Shown: positions 40,858 to 50,347, counted from the stretch's first letter. The stretch is 64,000 bases of DNA from Thermoanaerobaculia bacterium (GCA_039932315.1 JBDTQG010000002.1:13612-77611); one strand, 5' to 3'. The notes: generated from the letters alone by a model not told the origin. Program-made: numbers and translations.

Positions 40858-42228
40858 ATGTGCCAGTCCACGCGTCGCGGATTCCTCGTCGGGTGCTCCG
40901 CAGCCATTGCGAGCCTCGCCGGTTCGCGCTTCAATTCGTTCGCCTTCGCCCAGGGTGAAGGCAACTTCAATGACGAGATCCTCGTCGTACTCTTCCTGCG
41001 GGGCGGACAGGACGGATTGAACCTGATCGTACCCACCGGCGGCACCTCGAACGACCGCCAGTTCTACGAGCAGGCGCGCCCGAACCTGCGGGTGCCGCTC
41101 ACGGGAACCGGCGCAGCGCTGCCGATCGGCGCTCTCGGCGGGACGACGTTCGGCATGCATCCGAGCGCCGGACCGCTGCATGAGCTCTATCAGGACGGCA
41201 AACTGTCGGTCGTCGCGGCCTGTGGAATGGCGGCGAACGAACGCAGCCATTTCGACTCGATGAACTGGATGGAGCTCGGAACTCCGGGCGTGAGCAACAT
41301 CACGAACGGATGGCTGACGCGCCACCTTCAGTCGGCGACGAATCTGCCGTCCGAGATCATCATGCCCTCGCTCGCTGTCGGCGGCACGCAGACGATTTCG
41401 CTGCTCGCGAGCTACGACACGATCAACCTCTCGAGCGTCGACTCCTTCTCGCTTTCGACTGGCCCGTGGGCCTGGCGCAATGCGCAGCGCTCCGCGATCC
41501 GGCACCTCTACGCCGGCGGCACGAGCTGGCTCCATCAGACCGGTCTCCAGGCGCTCGACGCGGTCGACATCGTCGAGCTCTTCGCGAGTGGCGACTACAC
41601 GCCGGCGAACGGCGCGGTCTATCCGCAGACCTGGTTCGGCGACAACCTGCGGACCATCGCGCAGATGACGAAGCTCGACCTGGGACTGCGCGTCGCGACT
41701 CTCGATCTCGGCGGCTGGGACACCCATGAGAATCAGGGCAACAACGGCGGCGGGCTCTATTCCGATCTGGTCGGAGAGCTCTCGTCGGGGCTCGCCGCGC
41801 TCTATGCCGATCTCGATGGCGCCGGCGCCGCGAACTACACGCAGCGCCTGACCGTCGTCGTCATGAGCGAGTTCGGCCGCCGCTTTTTCGAGAACGGCGA
41901 CATCGGAACCGATCACGGCCATGGCAACAACATGCTGGTACTCTCGGGCAACGCTCTCGGAGGGATGCATGGCACGTGGCCCGGTCTCGCGGACGGCCAG
42001 TTGAACGACGGCGATGTCGACGTCACCACCGACTTCCGTCGTGTCCTTTCCGAGCTGCTGATCCGCCGCATGGGAAACCCGAACATCGGGACGATCTTCC
42101 CCGGCTACCAGGCATACAGCCCGCTCGGCATCGTGTCCGGGGTCGATATCGCGCCGATCGGCACCGACCTTTTCACCGATGGGTTCAATACCGGCGATGC
42201 GAGCCATTGGAGCGCTGCTGCTGGCTGA
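40858..42228 (+). CDS. DUF1501 family protein, Tat signal (copy 1)
   Basis: TRRGFL, FLRGGQDG, RSHF, GGWDTH, SEFGR, GTDHG. Confidence 0.92.
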   Translation: MCQSTRRGFLVGCSAAIASLAGSRFNSFAFAQGEGNFNDEILVVLFLRGGQDGLNLIVPTGGTSNDRQFYEQARPNLRVPLTGTGAALPIGALGGTTFGMHPSAGPLHELYQDGKLSVVAACGMAANERSHFDSMNWMELGTPGVSNITNGWLTRHLQSATNLPSEIIMPSLAVGGTQTISLLASYDTINLSSVDSFSLSTGPWAWRNAQRSAIRHLYAGGTSWLHQTGLQALDAVDIVELFASGDYTPANGAVYPQTWFGDNLRTIAQMTKLDLGLRVATLDLGGWDTHENQGNNGGGLYSDLVGELSSGLAALYADLDGAGAANYTQRLTVVVMSEFGRRFFENGDIGTDHGHGNNMLVLSGNALGGMHGTWPGLADGQLNDGDVDVTTDFRRVLSELLIRRMGNPNIGTIFPGYQAYSPLGIVSGVDIAPIGTDLFTDGFNTGDASHWSAAAG

Positions 42229-42247
42229 CGATCGACAGGAGACTCTC

Positions 42248-44035
42248 ATGCCGGAAGCCACCCGAATCCCCCGCTATCGTCGAACGGAAACGTCGCGACG
42301 AGAGCTTCTGGCGGGCGAAGCGCTCGCCCCCGCGACGCATTCGTCCGACGATGCAGGGGCGCGCGCGCTCTCCGCGACCGCAACCAACGAGGCCCTGCCG
42401 CCGCTGGCGGTGATCGCACTCAACCGGATGGGTTTCGGTCCGCGTCCGGGAGACATCGCCGCTTTCAACGCACTGGGAGCGAACGACGACGACCGGCTGA
42501 ACGCCTACATCCAGCAGCAGCTGAACCCTCCCGTCCCCAGCGCGGCGAACGATCCGGACTACTTTCAGCGCCGCAACGGCACGAACGGTTTTCCCAGCCC
42601 CGGATTCTCGACGCTCGGTCTCAGCCTGACGCAGCTCTGGACGACCTATCGCACCGGAACGCCGCCCGCGGGCTCGCCGGGGAACCGCCCCGTGCTCGAG
42701 GTTCGCCTCGACACGCTCATGCGCATGACGTACAGCAAGTGGCAGCTGCGCGAAGTCCTTGCCGACTTCTGGCACAACCACTTCAACGTCTACGGCTTCG
42801 AGACCTACACCCAGGAAACTCTCGTCGCGTACGACCGCGACGTCGTCCGCGCGCATATGTTCGGCAACTTCCGCGAAATGATCGAAGCGGTCGCGCAAAG
42901 CACGACGATGCTCTATTTTCTGGACAACTACACCAGCACCGTATCCGGGCCGAACGAGAACTACGCGCGGGAGAATTTCGAGCTTCATACGCTCGGTGCC
43001 GAGAACTACTACGGCACGGGCTCCCAGTCGGTGGTGCCGGCGTGGCCGGGCGGGGCGGTCTGGCCCGCGGGTCTGCCGAGCGCCGGACAGCCGATCCCTG
43101 CCGGCTACGTCGACAATGACGTGTACGAGGCCGCGCGCAGCTTCACCGGCTGGAGCGTCAACCCGACGACCGGTGTCTACACCTACAACTCGGGAAACCA
43201 CGACAACTTCCAGAAGGCGATCCTTTCCTTCGGCGTCGTGAACATGCAGCCCAACCAGGCACCGGAGGTCGACGGCAATCAGGTTCTCGACATCCTCGCG
43301 GCCCATCCGGGAACCGGCCGTCACATCGCGCGCAAACTCTGCCGGCGCCTGGTCTCGGACAATCCGCCGGATTCGCTCGTCAACGCTGCCGGCGACCTCT
43401 TCACCGCCCAGCGTCTGGCGCCCGATCAGTTGAAGCAGGTCGTCCAGTTCATTCTCGAGTCGACCGAATTCCGCACCACATGGGGCGAGAAGATCAAACG
43501 TCCCGTCGAGTACACCGTGAGCGCCTTGCGCGCGGCCTCGGCGAACTGGCAGTTCGGCTTCACGGCGCAGAACCCGCTCACCACCGAAACCGACACCAAC
43601 GATCTGCTTTTCCGGCAGTCGAAAACCGGTCACAATCTCTTTGCACGCGTCCCGCCGGACGGCTTCGCCGACCAAGAGGCCGCCTGGTCGAGCACCAATA
43701 CCCGGCTGCAGTGCTTCCGGCTCGGCTCGTGGCTGATCGATCAGTCGATCGACTCCGACTCGACCACCGACGACTTCCGGCTCGACGTGCTCGGCGCGAT
43801 CTACGCCGCGTACCCCTCCCATCAGGTGACCTCGAACCAGCTCGTCGACTTCTGGATCCCGCGCGTTTTCGGCCGCGATATCGATCCCGAAGAGCGCGCG
43901 GAGCTCGTCGATTTCATGGCGCAGGGAAACAGTCCCACTCTGGCGCTCAACCTCACGACCTCGTCGACCGTGCGTTCGCGTGTGCGCTCGCTCGTCGGCC
44001 TCATGTTCATGCTGCCCGCGTTTCTCTCCAGGTAG
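42248..44035 (+). CDS. DUF1800 family protein (copy 2)
   Basis: RMGFGP, FWHNHF, MLYFLDN, NENYARENFELHTLG; CAGGAG SD before ATG 42248. Confidence 0.9.
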   Translation: MPEATRIPRYRRTETSRRELLAGEALAPATHSSDDAGARALSATATNEALPPLAVIALNRMGFGPRPGDIAAFNALGANDDDRLNAYIQQQLNPPVPSAANDPDYFQRRNGTNGFPSPGFSTLGLSLTQLWTTYRTGTPPAGSPGNRPVLEVRLDTLMRMTYSKWQLREVLADFWHNHFNVYGFETYTQETLVAYDRDVVRAHMFGNFREMIEAVAQSTTMLYFLDNYTSTVSGPNENYARENFELHTLGAENYYGTGSQSVVPAWPGGAVWPAGLPSAGQPIPAGYVDNDVYEAARSFTGWSVNPTTGVYTYNSGNHDNFQKAILSFGVVNMQPNQAPEVDGNQVLDILAAHPGTGRHIARKLCRRLVSDNPPDSLVNAAGDLFTAQRLAPDQLKQVVQFILESTEFRTTWGEKIKRPVEYTVSALRAASANWQFGFTAQNPLTTETDTNDLLFRQSKTGHNLFARVPPDGFADQEAAWSSTNTRLQCFRLGSWLIDQSIDSDSTTDDFRLDVLGAIYAAYPSHQVTSNQLVDFWIPRVFGRDIDPEERAELVDFMAQGNSPTLALNLTTSSTVRSRVRSLVGLMFMLPAFLSR

Positions 44036-44046
44036 GAGAATCAGCC

Positions 44047-45408
44047 ATGTACAGTCCTTCCCGCCGCGGGTTCATGATGGGCTGTTCAGCGGCGATCGCG
44101 AACCTCGCGACCGCGCGCTTCACCAACATGGTCTTCGCCGATCCTCTGCTGGTGCAGAATCACGACACCCTCATCGTTCTGTTTCTTCGCGGCGGCATGG
44201 ACAGTCTCTCTTTCGTCATGCCGACTGCAGGCGCCGATCGCGGCTTCTACGAGACCGCGCGCCCTCAGCTCAAGATTCCGGCTTCCGGCACGAACGCCGC
44301 CCTGCCGCTCGGCGCCTGGGGAGCGAATCAGTTCGGACTGCATCCGGCAGCGACCCATCTTCACGGCCTCTATCAGTCCGGCCATGTGGCCTTCGTTCAC
44401 GCCGCGGGTCTCGACACTTCGAGTCGCAGCCATTTCGACAATCAGGCGCAGATCGAGCTCGGCACTCCCGGCGACGGATCGACCAACGACGGCTGGTTGA
44501 CGCGGCACTTCCTCACGTCTCCGGGTCTCCCGGCCGACACGCCGCTCGTCCAGCGCATCGCGGTCTCGTCCACGATCCAGTCGTCCTGGCTGGCGGATAC
44601 CAACGTCGTCGCTTTCGCGAACCGGGACGACTTTCTCTTCAACACCGGACCGTCGTCCTGGCGCGACGCGCAGAAGACCTCTCTGCGCAACATCCTCGAA
44701 CTGCAGCAGGCCACGAATCCGCGCTACGCCAGCGGACTCGTCTCGCTCGACGCGTCGGGCTTCATCGAACAGAACGTCCCGACGCTCTCGAGCTACGTTC
44801 CGGCGAACGGCGCGGTCTATCCGACCGGCTCCTTCGGCGACTCGCTCAAGGTTTCGGCCCAGCTCATCAAGCTCGACATGGGGCTCCGGGCAGCGACGCT
44901 CGACCTCGGCGGATGGGACACGCACAACGGTCAGGGAACGGCGAACGACGGTCAGTACTTCTGGGAGAAGATCCAGGAGCTGTCGCAGGCACTCGCCGCT
45001 TTCTATCTCGACCTCGACGGCACCGGTGGCAATGCCTACGCGAAGCGCACGACCGTGGCCGTGATGTCGGAGTTCGGCCGCCGTTTCGAAGAGAACACCG
45101 ATCAGGGAACCGACCACGGCCACGGTGGCGTGATCACCCTCGTGGGCGGACCGGTCGTCGGCGGAATGCACGGCACCTGGCCGGGCCTCGCGAACGGCCA
45201 GCTCTTCGATCATGCGGACCTTGCCATCACGACCGACTTCCGCCGCGTGCTCAGCGAAATTCTCGTCAGCCGGATGGACAACCCGAACTGGCAGCAGGTC
45301 TTCCCGGGCTATGCGGGCTACACGCCCCTGGGTGTCGTCCGCCCGGTCCTGTTCGAGGACGGATTCGAGAGCGGATCGACCGGCACCTGGAGCTCCACCG
45401 CTCCGTGA
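44047..45408 (+). CDS. DUF1501 family protein, Tat signal (copy 2)
   Basis: SRRGFM, FLRGGMDS, RSHF, GGWDTH, SEFGR, GTDHG; AGGAG SD. Confidence 0.92.
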   Translation: MYSPSRRGFMMGCSAAIANLATARFTNMVFADPLLVQNHDTLIVLFLRGGMDSLSFVMPTAGADRGFYETARPQLKIPASGTNAALPLGAWGANQFGLHPAATHLHGLYQSGHVAFVHAAGLDTSSRSHFDNQAQIELGTPGDGSTNDGWLTRHFLTSPGLPADTPLVQRIAVSSTIQSSWLADTNVVAFANRDDFLFNTGPSSWRDAQKTSLRNILELQQATNPRYASGLVSLDASGFIEQNVPTLSSYVPANGAVYPTGSFGDSLKVSAQLIKLDMGLRAATLDLGGWDTHNGQGTANDGQYFWEKIQELSQALAAFYLDLDGTGGNAYAKRTTVAVMSEFGRRFEENTDQGTDHGHGGVITLVGGPVVGGMHGTWPGLANGQLFDHADLAITTDFRRVLSEILVSRMDNPNWQQVFPGYAGYTPLGVVRPVLFEDGFESGSTGTWSSTAP

Positions 45409-45590
45409 TCGCAGGTCGTCGCCGGCGCTCGACAAGCTGTGACTGAAATTCGGCCGCCGTCGAACATCTCTTCAGACTCCGCGCCTGACCCGCGCGGGTG
45501 AGACGCCTGGCGTGCTCGTTCAGGGCGCAGTGCTGCGCTCGCGGTCCACTATGATGCCCGCAGTATGAAGTCCATCCCTGAGGAGACATC

Positions 45591-47489
45591 GTGAAGAAAC
45601 CGGGTCTGCGCGAACGCCTGGCCTATGCATTCGACAATTCGCTGGCGCGCGGACCGGTGGTTCTCATCGCCTACCTCGCGCTCCTGTCGGTGGCGCTCAT
45701 CGTCATCCTGGCGTCGGTGGTCTGGATCACCGGCGTCGCACCCGACGGCGAGGGCGGAGATCGCCCCGGTTTCATCGCCATCGCCTGGATGGCGCTCATG
45801 CGAACCCTCGATTCGGGGACGATGGGCGGTGACACCGGAAGCTGGGGGTTCCTGCTCTCGATGCTGGCGGTCACTTTCGGTGGCATCTTCGTCATCAGCA
45901 CGTTCATCGGTACCCTGACGAGCGCCATCGAGGCGAAGATGGAGTCGCTGCGCAAGGGCCGCACGCGCGTCCTCGAGAGCGACCACACGGTCATCCTCGG
46001 GTGGTCGCCACGCGTTTTCTCGATCGTCTCGGAGCTCGTGATCGCGAACGAGAATCGCCGGCGGGCAGCGATCGTCATCCTCGGCGACTGCGACAAGGTC
46101 GAGATGGAAGAGGCGATCCGCGAGCGCGTCAGCGACACGAAGACCTCGCGGATCGTCTGCCGCTCCGGCAACGCTTCGGACATGGACGACCTCGCGATGG
46201 TGAATCTGCCGCAGGCCCGGAGCATCATTCTCCTGCCACCGCCCGGACCGGAAGCCGACACTCAGACGATCAAGTCGCTGCTGGCGATCACGCACAGCCC
46301 GAATCGCCGCAAGGAGCCGTACCACGTGGTGGCGGAGATCCGCGATCCGAAGAACCTGAGCGTCGCGAGGCTTGCCGCACAGGGCGAAGCGGAGCTCGTA
46401 CTGGTGCCGGATCTTCTCGCGCGGGTGACGGTGCAGACCTGCCGCCAGGCGGGACTGTCCGTGGTCTACCAGGAGCTTCTCGACTTCGGTGGCGACGAGA
46501 TCTACTTCAAGTCTGAGCCGAAGCTCGTCGGAAAGCGCTTCGGAGACGTCCTCGGTCTCTACGAGGATTCTTCGGTCATCGGGCTGCGCCGCACGGACGG
46601 CACGACGCTCCTCAATCCGCCCATGGATCTCCCGCTGCTTGCCGGAGACCAGCTGATCGCGATCTCGGAGGACGACGACACCATCGCGCTTTCGAGCTCC
46701 GGCGCCTTCACGTTCGACGAAAAGGCGATCGTTTTCGGCGAGTCGTCCCCTCCGCGCGCGGAGCGAACGCTCATCCTCGGCTGGAACGCGAAGGCGCCGC
46801 TGCTCCTCCGGGAGCTCGAAGCCTACGTCGCCGCGGGTTCGGAAGCCCATCTCGTCGCAAGCTTTCCCGAAGGCCTCGACGCGGCGCGCGAGCTCCTTCC
46901 GGCAACGAAGAAACTCACCGTTTCCCTCGTCGAAGGGGATCCGACGGATCGAACGGCGCTCGATTCGCTCGCGATCGCATCGTTCGATCACGTCATTCTC
47001 ATCTCGGAGGAAGGGGCAGACAACGAACGCGCCGACGCGCGAACCCTCGTGACGCTGCTTCACCTGCGCGAGATTCGCGAGCAGGGCGGCGCGCGCTTTT
47101 CGATCGTCTCGGAGATGCTCGACGTGCGCAACCGGGCTCTGGCGGAGGTCACGCGCGCCGACGACTTCATCATCGGCGATCAACTCGTCAGCCTTCTGCT
47201 GACGCAGATCTCGGAGAACAAAGCCCTCAACGCCGTCTTCACCGACCTCTTCGATCCGGAGGGAGCCGAGATCTATCTCAAGCCGGCAGCGAACTATGTC
47301 CAGCTCGATCGCGACCTGACATATGCCACCGTCGTCGAGGCCGCGCGTCGACGAGGTGAAACCGCAATCGGCTTCCGCTTGCCGCCACAGCGCGGGAGCG
47401 GCGGTCACGGCGTTGTGACCAATCCGGCGAAGTCGCGGGCGGTGCGCTTCGGAGCCCGCGACTCCGTCATCGTCCTGGCAGAAAACTGA
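45591..47489 (+). CDS. CASTOR/POLLUX/DMI1-like ion channel with two RCK domains
   Basis: TM-pore-TM region (RTLDSGTMGGD), RKGRTRVLESDHTVILGW, ELLDFGGDEIY, LFDPEGAEIYLKP. Confidence 0.85.
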   Translation: MKKPGLRERLAYAFDNSLARGPVVLIAYLALLSVALIVILASVVWITGVAPDGEGGDRPGFIAIAWMALMRTLDSGTMGGDTGSWGFLLSMLAVTFGGIFVISTFIGTLTSAIEAKMESLRKGRTRVLESDHTVILGWSPRVFSIVSELVIANENRRRAAIVILGDCDKVEMEEAIRERVSDTKTSRIVCRSGNASDMDDLAMVNLPQARSIILLPPPGPEADTQTIKSLLAITHSPNRRKEPYHVVAEIRDPKNLSVARLAAQGEAELVLVPDLLARVTVQTCRQAGLSVVYQELLDFGGDEIYFKSEPKLVGKRFGDVLGLYEDSSVIGLRRTDGTTLLNPPMDLPLLAGDQLIAISEDDDTIALSSSGAFTFDEKAIVFGESSPPRAERTLILGWNAKAPLLLRELEAYVAAGSEAHLVASFPEGLDAARELLPATKKLTVSLVEGDPTDRTALDSLAIASFDHVILISEEGADNERADARTLVTLLHLREIREQGGARFSIVSEMLDVRNRALAEVTRADDFIIGDQLVSLLLTQISENKALNAVFTDLFDPEGAEIYLKPAANYVQLDRDLTYATVVEAARRRGETAIGFRLPPQRGSGGHGVVTNPAKSRAVRFGARDSVIVLAEN

Positions 47490-47512
47490 AGTACCTACCG
47501 CAAGGAGCCACC

Positions 47513-48262
47513 ATGTCCAGCCTTTTCGATCAGATTCAGCATCAGCTGAACCCCGAGACTCTCGGGCAGATCGCCCGTGAGATCGGCGCGACTCCGGGCC
47601 AGACGAAAACGGCCGTCGCGGCGGCGGTGCCAATGCTGCTCGGGGGACTCGCCCGCAACAGCGCGACTCCGGGAGGTGCCGCCGGCATTCTGGGCGCCCT
47701 CGATCGCGATCACGACGGCAGCCTGCTCGACAGTCTGGGAAGCATGGGCGGACTGGGAGGACTCCTCGGCGGTCTCACCGGTGGGGGCGGCGGACTCGGC
47801 GACGCGCTGGGCGGGCTGCTCGGCGGCGGGCAGAGCGCGAACTCCGGCGGCGGTGGGGGTGGCGGCAGCATTCTCGATATGGGAGGCGCGATCCTCGGCC
47901 ACGTTTTCGGCGGCAAGCAGGGCAACGTCGCGACCAGCCTCGGAAACTCGACCGGGCTGCAGTCGGGTCAGATCCTGAAACTGCTGGCAATGCTGGCACC
48001 GATCGTCATGGCCGTTCTCGGAAAGATGCACAAGCAGAGCGGGGGCCTCGATCAGGGAGGTCTGTCCGATATCCTCGGCGGCGCGTTCCAGAAGTCCGCG
48101 GCTCAGGCTCCCGCCAGCGTCACGCCGTCGGGCGGCGGAGGAATCGGCGATCTGCTGTCGAGTGTTCTCGATCGCAACCATGACGGCAGCATGATGGACG
48201 ACATCCTGCAGCAGGGCGGCGGTCTTCTGGGTTCGCTGCTCGGCGGACCGAAGAAGGGTTGA
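47513..48262 (+). CDS. DUF937 family Gly-rich protein
   Basis: AAAVPMLLGGL, ILGHVFG, LAMLAPIVM; two D-x-[DN]-x-D-G loops; AAGGAG SD. Confidence 0.8.
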   Translation: MSSLFDQIQHQLNPETLGQIAREIGATPGQTKTAVAAAVPMLLGGLARNSATPGGAAGILGALDRDHDGSLLDSLGSMGGLGGLLGGLTGGGGGLGDALGGLLGGGQSANSGGGGGGGSILDMGGAILGHVFGGKQGNVATSLGNSTGLQSGQILKLLAMLAPIVMAVLGKMHKQSGGLDQGGLSDILGGAFQKSAAQAPASVTPSGGGGIGDLLSSVLDRNHDGSMMDDILQQGGGLLGSLLGGPKKG

Positions 48263-48311
48263 GCCGGAGCCGTTGAAAGGCGCTGGATGAAGCGGGTTCG
48301 CTGAGACGGGC

Positions 48312-48890
48312 TCAGCGGGCCGCTTCCGGCGAGCTCGCGGCATCCTCGAGCGCCGCCGCGAACTCGTCGACGTCGCCCCAGTTGCCGTCGAAGCGCTCCC
48401 CGTGGATGAAGAACGTCGGCGTTCCGTTCACGCCGCTCTTCACTCCGCTCATGAAATCGGATGCGACCCGCTCGGTGAATCTCCCCGCAGCGATGTCCGC
48501 AAGCACCTCTTCGCCGCTCGCTCCGGACGTCGCGGCGTACTCCGCGAGATGACGATCCGCGAGCGCCCGGCTCGAGTCGGCCTGATGCGCGAAGAGCTGA
48601 TGATTCATCGCCCAGTAGGCGGCACTTCCGGCGCGCTCCGCGACACTCTCACTGGCTTCAGCGGCGTGGCCGGCGAAGGGATGAACTTCCGTCAGCGGAA
48701 AGTTGCGAAAGACGAAGCGCAGCCGGTCGCCCATGCGCCGCTGGATCTCCTGCACAACCGGATGTGCCCGCGCGCAATGCGGGCACTGAAAGTCGCCGTA
48801 CTCGACGAGCGTCACCGGCGCGTCGGCCGCACCGGCCGTGTGATCGCCCGCGTGGACCGCCGGCTGCAGGGAAGACCGGTGAAGGCTCAT
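48312..48890 (-). CDS. DsbA-like thioredoxin family protein
   Basis: EYGDFQCPHC, FRNFPL, GVNGTPTFF. Confidence 0.92.
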   Translation of the reverse strand: MSLHRSSLQPAVHAGDHTAGAADAPVTLVEYGDFQCPHCARAHPVVQEIQRRMGDRLRFVFRNFPLTEVHPFAGHAAEASESVAERAGSAAYWAMNHQLFAHQADSSRALADRHLAEYAATSGASGEEVLADIAAGRFTERVASDFMSGVKSGVNGTPTFFIHGERFDGNWGDVDEFAAALEDAASSPEAAR

Positions 48891-49393
48891 CGCGCTTTAC
48901 CTTTCCCATCCGTTGTCGCTGGCGCGCCCGGCGGCGTGCCGAGAGCTTCGAGAGCCTGCAGAATTCCATCGGCACCGGGGTTGACTCCGACCGGCGACAC
49001 GTAGCTCCAGCGGATGATGCCTTCGGCGTCGATCACGAACAGCGCGCGTTCCGTCGTCCCTTCGTGGGCGCGATAGACGCCGTAAGCCTGCGCCGTCGCT
49101 CCTTTGGGTTCGAAGTCCGCCAGCAGCGGGAAATGCAGATTGCGCTGCGACGAGAATGCGGAATGACACCAGGCGCCATCGACGGAGATTCCGAGGATCG
49201 TCGCGCGCAGGCGACGGAACTCGGGCAGAACCTGGTTGTAGAGCGTCATCTGATCGCCGCAGACCGGGCTCCAGTCCGCGGGATAGAACGCGAGAATGAG
49301 CGGCGCGCCGCGGAACTCGTGCAACGAAACCGTCTGGTCGGGGGTGGCCGGCAGAGTGAACGCTGGCGCTGGGGTACCTGCTGAAAGGACGAT
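48887..49393 (-). CDS. peroxiredoxin/redoxin (AhpC-TSA, AhpE-like); probable non-canonical start
   Basis: FYPADWSPVC, GISVD, LLADF, ERALFVID; the typical N-terminus GTPAPAFTLP lies in frame upstream of the first canonical start (49324). Confidence 0.85.
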   Translation of the reverse strand: MVLSAGTPAPAFTLPATPDQTVSLHEFRGAPLILAFYPADWSPVCGDQMTLYNQVLPEFRRLRATILGISVDGAWCHSAFSSQRNLHFPLLADFEPKGATAQAYGVYRAHEGTTERALFVIDAEGIIRWSYVSPVGVNPGADGILQALEALGTPPGAPATTDGKGKAR

Positions 49394-49570
49394 GGCTCTT
49401 CTCCCGTCAGGCGAGCTGCAGGAAACGTCGAATGAAAGTCAGCGCGGGTCCGCCTCTTCGCGGGCCTTCTCCGCACCCGCAAGCTACAGCAATTCCCGGC
49501 CGAAGAGAATCGATCGCGCAACCGCGGGCTCCGCCGGTGTTCCTGGGCTCAGGGCGCCGGTGGGCTCCGG

Positions 49571-50347
49571 TCACCCCGGTGGGCTCCGGTCACTCTTGCC
49601 GGCGACGGGTGGCAACTCCCGGTGTTCCTGATCGAGGTAGTCGACAACGTCCGCCTTGCTGCGCAGGTCGGCGGTCCAGCGGTCGATCTCTTCGTTCAGC
49701 CGGCGCTCGCGAAGCACCGCACGGATGCTCTCCCGCACCGATTCGAGCGTCGGCAGATCGGCTGCCGAAGCACCCTTCTGCTGGAGCTCGGGAACGAGAT
49801 CCTCGTTGTAGTAGTGAGCGATGTCGTCGACGCTGACGAAAACGCGCGGCCCGAGGCGCTCCTCGACATAGGCCAGAACCGACAGCTGGCGGGCCAGGAG
49901 CTGGCGCAGGGCGGATTCGTCGAGACCGAGCCGCTCGAGCTCCGCGTGGAAGGCGCTCTCCGACGCGAAGCGCGACCTCGCCTGCTCCATCTGCGCGTCG
50001 AGACTCTCGAGAGGTGCACCCTCGAACCCGAAGCGATCGATCTCGTGCAGCCGCAGCCGCTGTTCGATCAGCAGGTCGAGAGCGCGACGACGGGACGCTG
50101 CCAGGCTCTCTCCCGGCTCCGCTTCGAGGAGACCCAGGCGAAGAAGACGTTCGATATCCGAATCCAGAATCGGGTCTTCGTCGACCGCCGCAACGACCCG
50201 ATCGGCCAGCCGCGTCGATTCCGCGGCAACGCTCGCGGAGCCCGCGCGAACCGGCTCTCCTGAACGGCCGGAAACCTGAGCGACGAGCGCTCCGGAGCTC
50301 AAGGCGAGAACTCCAAGGACGATCGCAAGTGCGGGGGTCGGGGGCAA
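49571..50347 (-). CDS. SurA N-terminal domain-like periplasmic chaperone
   Basis: Signal peptide, DRVVAAVDEDPILDSD, LDLLIEQRL, W..DLRSKA; no parvulin PPIase motif evident. Confidence 0.7.
   Translation of the reverse strand: MPPTPALAIVLGVLALSSGALVAQVSGRSGEPVRAGSASVAAESTRLADRVVAAVDEDPILDSDIERLLRLGLLEAEPGESLAASRRRALDLLIEQRLRLHEIDRFGFEGAPLESLDAQMEQARSRFASESAFHAELERLGLDESALRQLLARQLSVLAYVEERLGPRVFVSVDDIAHYYNEDLVPELQQKGASAADLPTLESVRESIRAVLRERRLNEEIDRWTADLRSKADVVDYLDQEHRELPPVAGKSDRSPPG

Noticed and set aside
45409-45590. Possible c-di-AMP or other riboswitch upstream of the ion channel
   Set aside because: No consensus elements recognised by eye; an Infernal/Rfam scan would be needed
49557-49593. 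18-bp tandem duplication CCGGTGGGCTCCGGTCAC at the end of the SurA-like gene
   Set aside because: Only two copies with no spacer; a simple local duplication, not a CRISPR array
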